NCBI GenBank assembly: GCA_002633005.1
Contig: NMRA01000836.1
Coordinates: forward strand, 1-64,000
DNA: 64,000 nucleotides
Origin: Phoronis australis
Lineage: Eukaryota; Animalia; Phoronida
Direction of reading: 5' to 3'
This document shows, in pieces, positions 50,059-63,797 of the stretch. The notes under the pieces are model-generated. The model saw only the letters and a program-made list of their open reading frames with translations. It made no database searches and was not told the DNA's origin. Positions within the stretch are counted from its first letter, which is position 1; the number at the start of each line of letters is the position of its first letter. Both the position numbers and the translations under genes were made by a program.

Positions 50059-53000
50059 ATGGATGTAGAAACCCAGGCCCAGGGGCAAGGCTTTGATGCT
50101 GCTCTGTGGAAGGCAGTTTCATTGACGCATGTTGAATATCCAAGAGGTAAATCAGAGACACTTCAACAGTCTTTTGCAGTGGTACCGTTTTTAAAAGGCT
50201 GCAAAAACTAAAATGTCATAAGTTGGAAGTTGCGAAACAAATCACAATTCTAAGAAAGTAGAAAAATTTTGAACTGATCGTTGATGAATGAATGGGGAGG
50301 CCTAAAGCGAGGTTGGGTGGAGTTGAGCGCATGTGTGTTGAGACTCAGCTGCCCATGCTGCCAGAGAAGTGGTGAGACCTGTCGTCTGGGTCTGCGGTAG
50401 AATTTCGGTGACCAGGGCTCGACATTAACGCCTTTAACGGTAGTCCGACTTCCTGGGACAACCAATTTGTTGGTCCGGACAAGCTCACGGCCGAGCAGCT
50501 TGTCCGACGGGAAGATTTTGACTGGTTATTGTATGATAGCGACCAGAAATAAAATGTGTTGTGTCCCGTGTGAAAAATACAGTTCATCTCTTGCATCTGG
50601 ATCAGATGTGTTCAGGATCGAATCTTTGAAAAGTCACAAACAGTCGACGGCTCACTCAGCATATCTTATACAAAATATAAAACTGAATTGAAAAGCCAGG
50701 GTAAACTTGAAGCGTGTTCACTGGTGAAATCTAAATACGAATACCCACTTTAATAAACTTGTGCAAAATTTATAAGTTGTGTAATGTATGCTCTTACACA
50801 TGTTTATTGAGAATGTGCTAACAGGTATGATGTGTGATATTCATATATGTTTGAAAAGTGTAATTTGAGTTTAATTACCTTTGGACAAGTGTCTTATAGG
50901 TCTGGATAAGTAAATTTCATTTCTACGTGTCCAAGTTAAAGCAAAAGTTAATGTCGAGCCTTGGTGACTCTGAGGCCGGGCTAGTTCTTCATTTTTGTTT
51001 AAATATATACTATTACTTGTTATTGTTAGACATTCTTTATCTATGCCATGACTATAGCCAAGATGTAGCCCCTCGACTGTCTGGCTGTCTAGGGGTTACA
51101 ATACTCCCCATCGATTTCTGTACTAATCCAATCCCATACTTAAGTATATGATAAACGTACAATAATTCCCGTACCAAAAAAAAAGCCTTCCTGCAAACAC
51201 TTGCTGCAAGCTTGCCGCAAAGTTGCGGCAAGCTTGCTGCAAAAGTTTCTGCAAACCAGCCTCAAACACGAAGAATCAACTCTGACCAACGAGTGGATGC
51301 AAATTTCCTGTAACCCAGCCGCAAACATTGCCGCAAGCTTGCGGCATGCTTGCCGCAAACATGCAGCAAACTTTTACCATGCAAATGAAGTTTGCCGCAA
51401 GCTTGCAGCAAACATCTCTATGTCCTTATATGGAACAGTTCCTGCAACCCAGCCGCACACATTGCTGCAAGCTTGCCGCAAACATCTCTTTGGATATGGA
51501 ACAGTTCCTGCAACCCAGCCGCACACATTGCTGCAAGCTTGCCGCAAACATCTTCTTGGGGTTATATAGAAGTTTCTGCGAACCACCAGAAAAAATATTG
51601 GATGCAAGACTACAACATACTTGAATTGTGGCATGAATAATTTAATGTAGAAATGCCAGCTGACAAATACATAACTTTTATTGCATGCCCGCTTGTTAAA
51701 GCAAGAAAATGCACTATCAGCTGCACACTGGATTTAACATGATAATTTTCAATCTGATGTATAATGACTAGAAATTAAAACAAAATCACATGGCAATGAA
51801 TAACAGAAACTATAAAAGTGTCTACAGTGGCAATTAGTAATAATACTTGTATTACAATCAAAATTGTGTCTTGAGAGAACANACAATTCTAAGAAAGTAG
51901 AAAAATTTTGAACTGATCGTTGATGAATGAATGGGGAGGCCTAAAGCGAGGTTGGTTGGAGTTGAGCGCATGTGTGTTGAGACTCAGCTGCCCATGCTGC
52001 CAGAGAAGTGGTGAGACCTACTGTCTGCCAGGGTCTGCGGTAGAATTTCGGTGACCAGGGCTCGACATTAACGGTAGTCCGACTTCCTGGGACAACCAAT
52101 TTGTTGCCGAGCAGCTTGTCCGACGGGAAGATTTTGACTGGTTACGGTATGATAGCGACCAAAAATAAAATGTGTTGTGTCCCGTGTGAAAAATACAGTT
52201 CATCTCTTGCGTCTGGATCAGATGTGTTCAGGATCGAATCTTTGAAAAGTCACAAACAGTCGACAGCTCACTCAGCAGATTATACAAAATATAAAACTGA
52301 ATTGAAAAGCCAGGGTAAACTTGAAGCGTGTTCACTGGTGAAATCTAAATACGAATACCCTCTTTAATAAACTTGTGCAAAATTTAAGTCGTATAATGTA
52401 TGCTCTTACACATGTTTATTGAGAATGTGCTAGCAGGTATGATGTGTGATATTCATATATGTTTGAAAAGTGTAATTTGAGTTTAATTACCTTTGGACAA
52501 GTGTCTTATACTTATAGGTCTGGACAAGTAAATTTCATTTCTACTTGTCCAAGTTAAAATAAAAGTTAATGTCGAGCCTTGGTGACTCTGAGGCCGGGCT
52601 AGTTCCTTTGTTTAAATATATACTATGACTTGTTATTGTTAGACAATCTTTATCTATGCCATGACTATAGCCAAGATGTAACCCCTCAACTGTCTGGCTG
52701 TCTAGGGGTTACAATAGACCCCATCGATTTCTGTACTAATCCAATCCCATACTTAAGTATATGATAAACGTACAGTTCCCGAATAAGATGTTTTCACTGG
52801 CACCTCGTCAAAAGTACGTTTTACACGTCTTAGAAAGGTCACTTAAAATGCGCAATTTTTTTCTTCCAGTTCTGTACATATCTGTGATGAAACATGTCTA
52901 AGGGAATTATGATGACTTTGGTGAAGAATTCCAATGTCACTTTTTGGTCGCCGTTTACTTTTCCACGGTGGGCGATACAAGCACAAAGTATGCAATTGAC

Positions 53001-56000
53001 GTTATGCGAATATAGACAGCAATAACCGCGAAATTTAACAAAGTGCATGCCCTGGCGTATGACACTTGCAAAAAGTAGTATTGGACGATTTCTTGTGGAA
53101 TTTGTGAGATTGTGTCCCTTGTGGATTTTTTGTTCGTCAACAGACGCCCAGTGAAGGAAATGTTCAAATTGTCTCCATAGTCATTTTTGTGTCAATTACT
53201 GCTAAAGAAATACTATGCAGTCAAACTTTTTTCGAACAGTTCTTCGTTCAGTTGCCCAAATTGGCAACTGCCCGTTTTTACAATGCTCATGCCAGGGATA
53301 TGACTGCATAGTGCTTGAAACTTGGCCACCAGGGTTGCACTTTGTCTCTGGACAAAATGGCATTGTTGATGAACGAAGAAACAAAGTGGAAAGAAGTCTT
53401 GATTGCCAAAGCATGTGTTCAAGTTTGAAGGAATAAATGGCATCCACTTCTTCCTAAGGTGTCCCTCTATGATTGAAAGGTACTAGGCCCAACTATTTTG
53501 CCCAAAAGGTTCCATAGCATAGCTGTCCTATGGGAAAATTACTATCTGTGCCAGCTGTGCTGGCTCAGTTCAGACGGCAGCAATGTCTGCCATGCATGTA
53601 TACTTCGCTTGGCACAAGGATGACCTCCATTTAACCCTCTGTTTACCCGCGTTTGACCTTGAGTACGTTACCTCTGAAGGTGTCTATCTGCACTCGCTGT
53701 CCCCTGCCGAGAACCTATCCTTCCCTTTGGTTGCTATTGGGGGCACCCCTTCCTGATAATTTTGGATCCTCTTTGCATCTTTCGGTCTGTGTTATTGTTG
53801 AAGTTGTGTTGTCAAATGGTGGATGACTATCAGTCCTGTGGCTTGATCCATCAGCCAAGGAGCACAATGCTTCATTCTGTGGGATCAAATTGTCTTCTGT
53901 TTTAAAATCTTAAGCCTCTGATTTTGAAGGTTCTTTACATTCAAAAGTTTTTGGCCACAAGTTTAAAAGATTGTGAGAATATGTATAGTACCAAGGGCAG
54001 ATCCAGGATTTTGAGTTGGGGGGGGGGCTAGGGAACAGAAATAACCACAATTTCACCACATGCGTGCGTCCAGCCTAAAATGTAGGGATGCAGGGGTCTC
54101 GAATATTCGCGTTTGTGGACCTTATTACTAAAAAAACAGTAAATGGGGTTTGTTCAAGGCCTATGCATTGTGCATCGCCCCCCGAACCCCCTGGGTGCGC
54201 ACATATGCTACTCAGCAATTCGCACCCCGAACTCCCAAATGGTATCTAGGAGAATTTTAGGGGAGGCCATGGTCCCCTTGGCCCACCCTAAATCCGCCAC
54301 TGAGTACATTATAAAAAAATTGTGTTTATAGGTGATGTTGTTGGCTACTGCCTGGCCTGGATCAGTCTACTCCCCATCTTTACTGTGGTCAGTATGGTCA
54401 CTGTGATCGCCTGCAAGAGGGACTTACACACGGTGAGCCTTGGAGTGGTGATATTAGATACACATATACGCAGTCAGTATAGAACTAGTGACAGTAGACA
54501 GACCTATACACAGTCAGTATAGAACTAACGATATTACACAGACCTATTACAGTCAATATAGAACTAGTGATAGTAGACAGACCTACACACAGTCAGTATA
54601 GAACTGGTGATAGCAGACAGTCCTACATACAGAAGACAGTTTCGAATGATTGGTCATTTCAGATCTGTTAATTGCTATGATTGGCCATTTCAGATCTGCT
54701 ATTTGCTGGGAATCCTCATCAATGAGGGCATCAACTGGGTGCTCAAACACATCATCAAAGACAGTAGACCAGTTTCAGGTATTGACAGACCAATTGTAAG
54801 ACATGAAATTCAACACACACCGTAAACATTTGGTTTAACGCACACAGTGGCGTAAGCGCCCGTGCCCTACTTTTGAAAACTTTCAGATTAAGCTTGATTT
54901 TTATAACAGTAAGGCAAGCTGTTTAAAATCACAGTGTGCCGAGGACATTGGATTTTGTTAGCATCATGTGCAGTGCATTAGCAATAGTTGACGCGTAGTT
55001 GAAATTGACACTTATGGAGGCTATAGTCAACCACAGACTTTAATTCCAATCTTCAACTTTATTTTTAAAGGAATCCATCTTTTCTCGGAGGTTTTAGAGC
55101 AAAATTCCTCGATGGTGATGTAGCACTTATGACATGCATGGTGGAGTCTTGTGGCATTTTGTAGATGACCTATGTTTTCCACATATGACACGTGTTCAGT
55201 GTCAAGGGAGCAAAATTGAATAGCGTTATAATGGAAATTCGAAGTGTCGGAGGCTTTTCCTTCCATAAGTCACAAAGAAATTTCCGTGTGAGATTTGAAC
55301 TGCGTTGTTCTGATTCATTAATACAGTATTTGCCCAAGGCATACAAAGAGGAAAATTTACAAGATGTTTTTCAATCATTTGTGTTGCAAAACTTAAACTG
55401 CTAAGAAAATGGGAGAATTAGCATATAGGTTTATCTTTAACTTTTCTTTCAATTTCTCGAAATTTCCAATTTAACTTCCCATCTTTGGGTTATGCACCCG
55501 CCCCCAATTTCTTGAAATTTATGATTTTTAAATCGCTTAAAAGTGCTTATCTCTATGTCAAGTTCCACCTCCCAAATTGCTAGTGTCATCGAATGTTCAC
55601 TGTTGTCAAAGTCTGCAGACCTGTTGATGAGGCAGTGAGTGTTTCAAGTGATGTGCGCTTCTTTAAATTGTCCTGTGTTCATAAACTAAGTGTCTAGTAG
55701 TTAATCAAACAACCACTGCTCACACATTGGGTTCAAATGAATTTAATAATTTGTATAATGTACTCGCGGCATTATACAATGTAACAAGATCCATCTCTTC
55801 TTTAGTGACAGATATTTCATTACAATCTGCTATAATGATAATTTCGTAGTTTGTTATTATTGGCGTTTTTGCTGAAGACTTTCTATTACCCGTATTGCAG
55901 TAATTGCTATCACGGCTTTTGTTGCAGGTCGAGTTCTCCATGTCAAGTATGGCATGCCATCTAGTCACTCTCAGTTCATGTGGTTCTTCTCAACCTACTT

Positions 56001-59000
56001 GGCATTATTTCTGTTGATCAGGTAATTCTACTCTGCTCCATCTGCTGTGTTGTCTGGAGTTCTTAGATGGATTTTCATGAAATTTGACAAATAGTTTTTT
56101 ATTAAGGATGTGACAGCGCCTCCATCGGATTTGTTTGACATATTCTGTGCCATATAGTAGGTATATTTATTGTACTAATAAAGACCCTTGGCAATGCGTT
56201 TGATGATAATATAATGCACAGAGACACATTGCTATGTGTATTTTTCCAATCACCACCAGAAAGTCGCATCATGTAGCAATTGAAGAAGCAAAACTAAACT
56301 GATGCTTGAATCAAGTCAAAGGCTTCCTATGATTATATCCACTTTAATTTGGGGGTCTGACAGTGTATCTGTGTCCCTCTTCTGGTTCTGTTGTGTTCTG
56401 GGAGTAACTGTAACCCCTTCCCCCTTTGGACTGCGTTAGGTGACATGTGTACACAGTATCGTCTCATATCTCTCCATTTGATTTTGTTTTGTCATTTTGA
56501 TTGGATCATTGGATCTTCTATTTGCAGAATCAAGAGAAACCAAAATGTTTGGGATGAATGGTGGAAGTACCTGATGACAGCTGGAGGGATTATAGTATCT
56601 GTTTTGGTCTCTTATAGTCGGTAAATAGTCTTGTTTCGTCTCCATTTTGGCCTCTTCTTGTCGTCGATAAGTATGGCAATCATCCGTTCAATATTTAGTT
56701 TCCTGATGATCTGGGTGTTCAAAGTTAACTGAATTTACAGACTTCGTAGTTGACGGGTTTACAGAATTCACTTAACAACCAGACATCGCCAAATTACCAT
56801 TTGTGAATTTAAGGAATTGCATCCTATAGGTTGCTAATAAACGTAATCCAATTATGGTAAACTCTAATCAGTTTCGGACAAAGTTATAATAAAATTAGTC
56901 TTTGTTTTCCTAGAGGTTCTAAAGAGTCAAAAGATTGTAGCCATGCAGCTAGTATAGTTGTGTCCGAGAGCTGTAAACTAGGAGTCGCTCTGGAGACTCA
57001 TGCTGGTTGTGTCCATTAAAATTCTGATTTGAAGTCAGCTGTTCATTATATCGGTTGTTAATGTCAGTGGAAGCAAGTGCTATTGCAACACGTCACAGCA
57101 AGTCTCTGTCCGCGAGTGATCATGGGGTAGTTCTCGTGTATCGCTGTTTTCACAAGAATTCTACTGCAGGCTTGAAGGCTGATGAAACAGAACCTTGGTC
57201 ATGTGGCAAAGTGCGTAATACATGTTTAATTATGTCCGTCTGTTTATTGCAGTGTTTACTTACTATACCACAGTACAAGTCAAGTCGTGTGGGGGGCTGT
57301 AGTGGGTGCCGTCCTGGCTCTACTCTGGTTCATCTGTGTTCATCTTCTCTTCACTCCACTCTTCCCAGTTATCGCCTCCTGGTGAGTACCCTCATAACTG
57401 GTGTACCATCATAACTGGTGTACCCTCATAACTGGTGTACCCTCATAACTGGTGTACCCTCAACTGGTGTACCCTCATAACTGGTGTACCCTCATAACTG
57501 GTGTACCCTCATAACTTAGAGTACCCTCAACCACAGTTTTTAACTGTTTCTTGATAACTTTGCTAGCAATAGCGCTTCTTCAGGTATCTAGGTAGTGACC
57601 GATTTTCAATCCATGGTTTTGAAATATGGGTTGATCGCAGAGTTTAAAGTATGTTCGGCTCATAAAAATAATGACCAGGTTTTTGTAGTAGTTATCTACG
57701 TGACTGTCATTCTTGTCTAACAATTGTGTTTGAGGATTTCTATCTAATCCTTTTTGTGTGAGAACTTGGTTACGGCTCTGAAACACCCTGGCAAGTGTTG
57801 ATTGCTGTTAAAAATTAAACAAAAAAGTGTGCAGAATAGGTACCCCGTAGTATCGCATGGTCACATGTAGTAATTATCAATCAGTCCTACTTTGAACACG
57901 AGACTTTCTGCAATACATGCTGATGATGTAGTCCAATGAGTCATCAGTTGAAGACTGACATCCGAACAGACTTGCATAGAGGTAGAAGTACTTTGGGCAC
58001 ACTGAGTACCAGAGTCAGTGATGCCACACTGAGTACCAGAGTCAGGGATGCCACACTGAGTACCAGAGTCTCAGTGATGCCACGCTGGGCTTCATCTGTT
58101 CAATGATACTTTAAAGTCATGTTGTTTTTGACAGAAGTCACTGAATTCGGACATGTTTCTAGGATCCTACATAAAGGTGCTTTTAGCCTGCCTTGTGTAA
58201 AAATAACTTTTGATTTGGGTCAGTTGTCATCATAAAACTGGTCTCTATTTGTTATTGGATTAGAAGCGATTTTTAATGTGTGAAGGACTGACAGGTGGTT
58301 TTTACTCAGTGCTTAAAATGTCCTGAGCAAGCCATGTTGAGCCTGATCCAAGCAACAGTGAAATTACTACCAGCTCTTCTGAAGTCCAGACATCATTTCT
58401 GGTCTGAGTAAAGAACAAGTCGGGGGTAATTTATTTTGAAAAGTGCCTGTAATCAGAGCTTATTGTTTTGACCGATTGCAGATTGATTATAGCATAAAGT
58501 ATACAACATAGTTACGTTTAAAATAATACAGTTTTCACTTAACAAACCCCATTTCAAATGGTGTGTTTCACTGAGTGCAGGTCGACAGCATGTCCGACTC
58601 GTGTTGAAATGCAGTTTTCAGTCCCCAAACTCCAGTTTTGATGTTTCTTTGTTGTTTTAGGCCCCTATCCGAGTTCTTGATGATCAGAGACCTCACCCTC
58701 ATACCCAATGTCATATGGTTTGAATACACAACATCACGAGCTGAAGCCAGGTAGACGTTACTCTCCATCAGCACAACAGTGTGGACTTGAATTGAATTCA
58801 ATTTATTTCATTTATTCAATGCAGAACAAAATCTAATGGAAAATCTGACATTACCAAATGAATGCACTTATTTTGATTCTCATTAATTTCGAAAGTGCAA
58901 ACACAATTGTTTGTCGTCAAGACCATAGATTGGTGGGAGTGTACACTAAATCCAGTTTTAAACTCTTTTCATGTTGTTTGAACCCTGTTATTTGTCTTTT

Positions 59001-59040
59001 CAGGAGTAGGCTTAAGAACAGGAAGATACGAAGTCAATAG
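50059..59040 (+). CDS. DOLPP1: Dolichyldiphosphatase 1 (PAP2 family), 8 exons, 238 aa
   Basis: Exons 50059-50146, 54332-54432, 54694-54778, 55928-56021, 56528-56620, 57253-57381, 58661-58750, 59004-59040 (717 nt, in frame). N-terminal SLTHVEYP; PAP2 motifs [30 protein letters not shown]; C-terminal [20 protein letters not shown]. Confidence 0.96.
50413..50963 (+). mobile_element. Internally deleted hAT-like element, 5-bp TSD GTGAC (second copy 52056-52581)
   Basis: TIR CAGGGCTCGACATTAAC / GTTAATGTCGAGCCTTG; internal [10 protein letters not shown]...[20 protein letters not shown] resembles the N-terminal zinc finger of hAT transposases. Confidence 0.8.
51167..51881. mobile_element. Second (partial, inverted) copy of the CACTA-like element in DOLPP1 intron 1
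   Basis: Reverse complement of ~21136-21842, including the terminus TCCCGTACCAAAA and GCAAGCTTGC repeats; truncated by the N at 51882. Confidence 0.85.
53992..54302. mobile_element. CA...TG 'GGCGGATC' family MITE (relatives at ~1831-1991, ~2388-2630, ~15359-15506, ~15901-16148)
   Basis: CAAGGGCAGATCCAGGATTTTGAGTT...CCTAAATCCGCCACTG; AGTAC on both flanks. Confidence 0.7.
54445..54635. repeat. ~40-bp minisatellite filling DOLPP1 intron 2
   Basis: (cagtcagtatagaactagtgacagtagacagacctataca)n, ~4.5 copies. Confidence 0.88.
57379..57529. repeat. 17-bp minisatellite starting on the DOLPP1 exon 6 donor
   Basis: ctg|gtgagtaccctcataa followed by (ctggtgtaccctcataa)n, ~8 copies. Confidence 0.92.
57998..58085. 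repeat. 27-bp tandem repeat x3
   Basis: (cacactgagtaccagagtcagtgatgc)n. Confidence 0.85.
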
Positions 59041-59279
59041 AGGGAGCTGCTGTGAACTGTCCACACTATTGTGTTTAAAACATTCGTCTACCAACTTTCC
59101 ACTGCATTCATTAAAGCTGTAAATGTCATGACTTGTATTCATTTATTGTAATGGTCAACTTTGAAACATTTCCATGGTACTGTTGTTCTAGTTTGTGTAC
59201 TCAGACTGTCGGAGAAAGTTAGAAGTTTGCCTTAACTAGATATAACGCTACTCACTGAGATCCAAGGCATTTTATAGCA

Positions 59280-59750
59280 TGCAACCTATTCCTCGACCTC
59301 AACATGCGACCCACTCCCTGGACCTCAAGATACGACACACTTCCTGGACCTCAACACGTGACCCACTTCTTGGACCTCAACAGATGATAGACTTCCTGCC
59401 GACCTCAACATGTGATGGACTCTTTGGACCTCAATATGTGACCCACTCCCTGGACCTCAACATGTCACCCACTCCTCGGACCTCAACATGTAACCCACTC
59501 CCTGGACCTCAACATGTGACCCACTCCCTGGACCTCAACATGTAACCCACTTCCTGGACCTCAAGTGTAACCCACTCCCTGGACCTCAACATGTAACCGA
59601 CTCCATGGACCTCAACATGTGACCCACTTCCTGGACTGCAACAGGTGACAGACTTCCTGAACATCAACTTGTGACCGACTGTTTGTACCTCAACATGTGA
59701 CGGACTCTGTTGACCTCAACATGTGAAGGACTCCCTCGAACTCAACATGT
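59280..59750. repeat. 26-bp minisatellite (~18 copies) downstream of the DOLPP1 stop
   Basis: (ggacctcaacatgtgacccactccct)n. Confidence 0.92.
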
Positions 59751-61064
59751 ACAGTACAATTTGGTTTCCCTTGCTAGTACAATAAAAACAGTGAACAACG
59801 TTATCACTCACTGGGTGTTATGTTCATTAGCTTTGACAACACTTTACTGTGAATACAACTTTGATAGTTTTAAAGATTCACCTTGCAGTTGCTGCAAAGG
59901 TTCATCAAATTTCTCAGCAGGATTTTCACATTAGTGTTGACCTTTTTCATGTCTGGAATGCACATGGTGTAACACATTGGTTGGGTTCGTCTCTATAAAA
60001 TGTCAAACATTTGTGGTGATTTTTTTCTCAATTTTAACATAGTAACAGAATACTTCTAGGTAATGTCGTCCTAAGTGTTTAAAATTGGCAGGCAACAATT
60101 TTGGAAGGCTCTAAAATTTGGTGAATAAATAAACTAAGCTGTCCAAATTTTGGGATCGTTCATGGTATACATGTGCGTGTGTTCATTATCTCCCATAGTC
60201 TGTAGTTAGCCAGTGCATGAAGTGACTTAGTCACATAGGGTAAACCATCACAACGAAAAGCAGAAAGTGAATTATTCGTCTAGCTCTGCAGGTATTCTAC
60301 GTGTACGGCTGGCAGCCAGCCTACAAGCAACCAGGCAACTTTGACAGACTTCATGACGTCCACTATTTGCAGTGGTTGGAGTGAAATACCCGATGCCTTG
60401 ACAGCAACCCCATGGTGACAAGTGTTAGCACGTGACTGAACAAACAATAAGGGATTGTGTATCATTTGCATTACAACATGGCCATCATCTTTCAAGATTT
60501 ATACAAAAAAGAAAATTGTGTCCGAATGCATTCTAAAACAATCAAAATAGTCTGGTTGGCCACACAGTAATAGTCAGTAACAAGGGTCACGCATTTTGAG
60601 AACCAGTTTTCTACACTGAATAACAGGCACCAAACTGGTTCTCAAAATCAAGGACCCCTATTAGTGACTATTTCCACACAGAGCATACAGCCAATGCAGG
60701 TGTCAAAACTTGTGGGACTGTTTATCCGATACCCTTTTAAAAAACGACAGATTAAGCTTTTTTCAGCAAGGTGGAATCACTTAATTTGTGGAAGAAACTT
60801 TTCAACAAAATTCTGAGACATAATTTTTGGCTATATTTTAATGCAGTTTAAAAAAAATTCTGATTTTATTCCCGATTCTCAACATTTTCAATTGGTGAAA
60901 ATAGACCAATTTCAACAACGGTCTTCCACTTTTTAAAACAAAATTTGTAATCTCACCTCTGAACCCAGTTAATAAGTTCAGGGCAGTATTATGGTTATAT
61001 AAACAATGAACACTATACAAATACAAATTGCTAATGACACCAAATAGCATGGCAACAATTTCAA

Positions 61065-61352
61065 ATCGTAATGGGCAACAAGTGTGTATGTCACAGTTGC
61101 TATGGACAACAGCTGTGTAAATCACAGTCACTAAAGATAAACAGTTTATGAGGAACTGCTGTGAAGCACAGTGGCTATGGGCAACAGCTGAGTGAAGCAC
61201 AGTGGCTATGAACAAATATTGTAAAGCAGTTGTTATGGGCAACAGTTGTGTAAAGCACAGTTGCTATGGGTAACACCTGAATAAAGCACATTCACTAAGG
61301 GCAACAGCCGAGTAAAGCAGTTGCTTTGGGCAACAGCTGTGTAAGACACAGT
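61065..61352. repeat. ~31-bp minisatellite (~9 copies)
   Basis: (gtgtaaagcacagttgctatgggcaacagct)n. Confidence 0.85.
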
Positions 61353-62226
61353 CGAACTTCAGTGAATTTAATGATTAGCAGAACCAACACCGATTACTCC
61401 AATTCAGTACAATAAACTGTCGAGTGATGACAAAACATGCTCTCGAAACTGTCTACTTTCCAGTCTCAATTCAATTTAAAGTGTAGACATGAAATGATTG
61501 AATTACACTCAGATCTACATGTAGGATTCTGGCCTACCGATTGCACCCAGAATTTGCTTTAACGAGACAAGTGTGTTAGACATTTAATGCCCAGAAGGCA
61601 ACAGTCATGAAAATGGCCAAGTACATTGCATGTACATGTGTCCATCTGAAGGGCTCCTGTTGAACACTTGAATGGTGTTGTGTCATCCAGTAGTTAATGC
61701 CTGTGTAGTATTGCATCACTGCAGCTGCCAGACATCCAATGTGCTTTTCTATAGACATCTTCTGATTGTGCCTTGTCAACATTTTTGCATGCCAAAAATA
61801 ATCAAGACAACATTAAACCCTGTCCTGACCACTGAGCTGCCATAGTAACACCAACAGGTCAGTTCGAATGACAGGTCAGTAAACCATACAGATGGGAAAG
61901 GGGGTGTACTTTACTCCATAAAACAGTCCCTCTTAGCATCACCGTACTTGCTATGTCTGTACAGGAGTCCATCTCAGTAGGGAGCCAAATAACACGTGTT
62001 GCATTACTGGGAACTTTGCCAACACCTGAAAAATGACCAACCTTCAATACACAGCTTGACCTTTGTTGTATTTTTCAACTCATCGCCGAACTGTTACTTT
62101 TCAATCCTGGATAATCCCCGAAACAAATTTCGTCCACAACAATATCCAGACATACAGCACAGTTCCCTAATTTTAATCTGACCAGTCGGCAACCCCTCAT
62201 CTACCAATGCAGTTTCGCCCAGGTCA

Positions 62227-62470
62227 GGGGCCCATTCCAGCAAAACAGTAGCCAGAACGAAACTTAAATTTCAGTAAATTTTAATACAAATTTCATATAT
62301 GTCTCAAGACCGTTTTAAGAGAGAGATCTCATGTTTTTTTTGGATAAACATTTTGTCTTAATTTTGACTATAATACCGGGTATGCAAGTTTCAAAGTTTG
62401 GAAGTTAAGACAAATCTTAGACTTAAGTCAAAAATGAACTTAAGGTCACAGTTTCGTGGAATGGGCTACC
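62227..62470. mobile_element. Harbinger-like MITE (~245 bp), same family as 31131-33115
   Basis: GGGGCCCATTCCA...TGGAATGGGCT ends; internal similarity to the split copy (aagtttcaaagtttgRaagttaagacaaat). Confidence 0.65.
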
Positions 62471-63797
62471 GTTACAAGACATTAGGTCAGGCCACAATGG
62501 GGACGTCACTTGAGTCAGAAATCCGGGACAAGTAGCCAATCCTTACATGCTTAGGCGTATTTTTGAATTCTTGTGTTTGCAATTAAGCAATACTAACTGT
62601 GAACAGCAAAATTGATGACAACGTAAAAAAATGTTGAACATGGCACGCCAGCAGGTCTTTGTAAGGGAATATTCAAGAGTCTGTATTGAAGTTGGCACTC
62701 CAATCAAATGTGCATTCTGCTGCTGTTTGATTGAAATTATCATACAGGTCAGCTATTTTTACAAAGTAACGATATTTGAGTCGTTTCCGAAAAGTTGGAA
62801 AAACCTCATGATTTGTGCTGTAAGAAGTTGCACGATGTTTTGCAATTTTTCGCAAAGATTGCTACAATGGCGCACAAATTTCATTTGGGATAGAGTAAAC
62901 TTTGTCAGTCTCTAACACACAAAATGCATCTGGAGTTTTCAGTCAACGAAGACATTTTATTCCAAAAACATGGCTGCATGGCTGCCATAGTACCCTTCAA
63001 CATCGGAAAACTTCACTTCACACACACTGTACGTAAATTTCTAAGGGCCACGGTTCAAAATGGCGTACCTCAGCTTTATACATTTTCATCAGACCAGAGT
63101 TGACCTTTGACCACTTTTTGACCCCACTGACGTTCCACAGTGAGTTTGAATGCTCCGAAAACTGTCCTTTCTTGACCTATAAATGATAGACAGACAGATG
63201 GTTCTTAAAGGAAGGTAGAAAGGATAACAGTTTCTCCATCAACGAACTATCAGTCGCATTTAACAAATTTGTAAAATTTAATTACTCCAGACTAGAGAAG
63301 CCACAAGAAAGTTGTTTTTCATTTACATGTCTTTAGTGCCAGGCATTTGCCTCTGGCTGCCTTGGGCGCAGAATATGCTGAATCCATGGAAATGCGTTGT
63401 TGAATACAGTAATTACTTATAAACTGAAAACTATTTGCCAAATTTCATGAAAATGCACCAAATACCTTGGTATCTACATGTCGAGATTTTGTACATTGTA
63501 TACAGGAGAAGCTCAAAAGCCATTAGAGAGTGCTGCAGAACTTCATATCGTTCATAAATCCATAAGACAGTCGCCTCTTCTCAATATGAACACATTTTTG
63601 TAAAATTTGATTCTCTTTGAGTGGTTTGGCTGATACAGACTGAGATGCATGACAAAAAAACAAGCAAAATAATAAAAATGGTCATTGAGATCAAAATGCA
63701 ATTTTATCAATTTTACTTTGACACAAAAATTCACAATTTGGTGTCAACACTCTCCTTAAAGAGACACACTCTGAGTTGCCTATGTTAGCGACAAACA

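Larger units (their letters stand above)
50244..52774. repeat. ~0.9-kb direct duplication (50244-51161 vs 51883-52774) across an N join; probably two haplotypes assembled in tandem
   Basis: High identity with small indels; the second copy starts immediately after the N at 51882. Confidence 0.8.

Noticed and set aside
59280-59750. Regular repeat arrays considered as CRISPR-like
   Set aside because: Units are contiguous with no unique spacers, there are no cas genes and the context is eukaryotic; these are minisatellites.
62540-62940. Cluster of short ORFs on both strands
   Set aside because: No recognisable motif or consistent splice structure.
63205-63760. Possible Kolobok-like element bounded by TTAA-AGG...CCT-TAAA
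   Set aside because: TIR match is only a few bases and the right TSD is imperfect.
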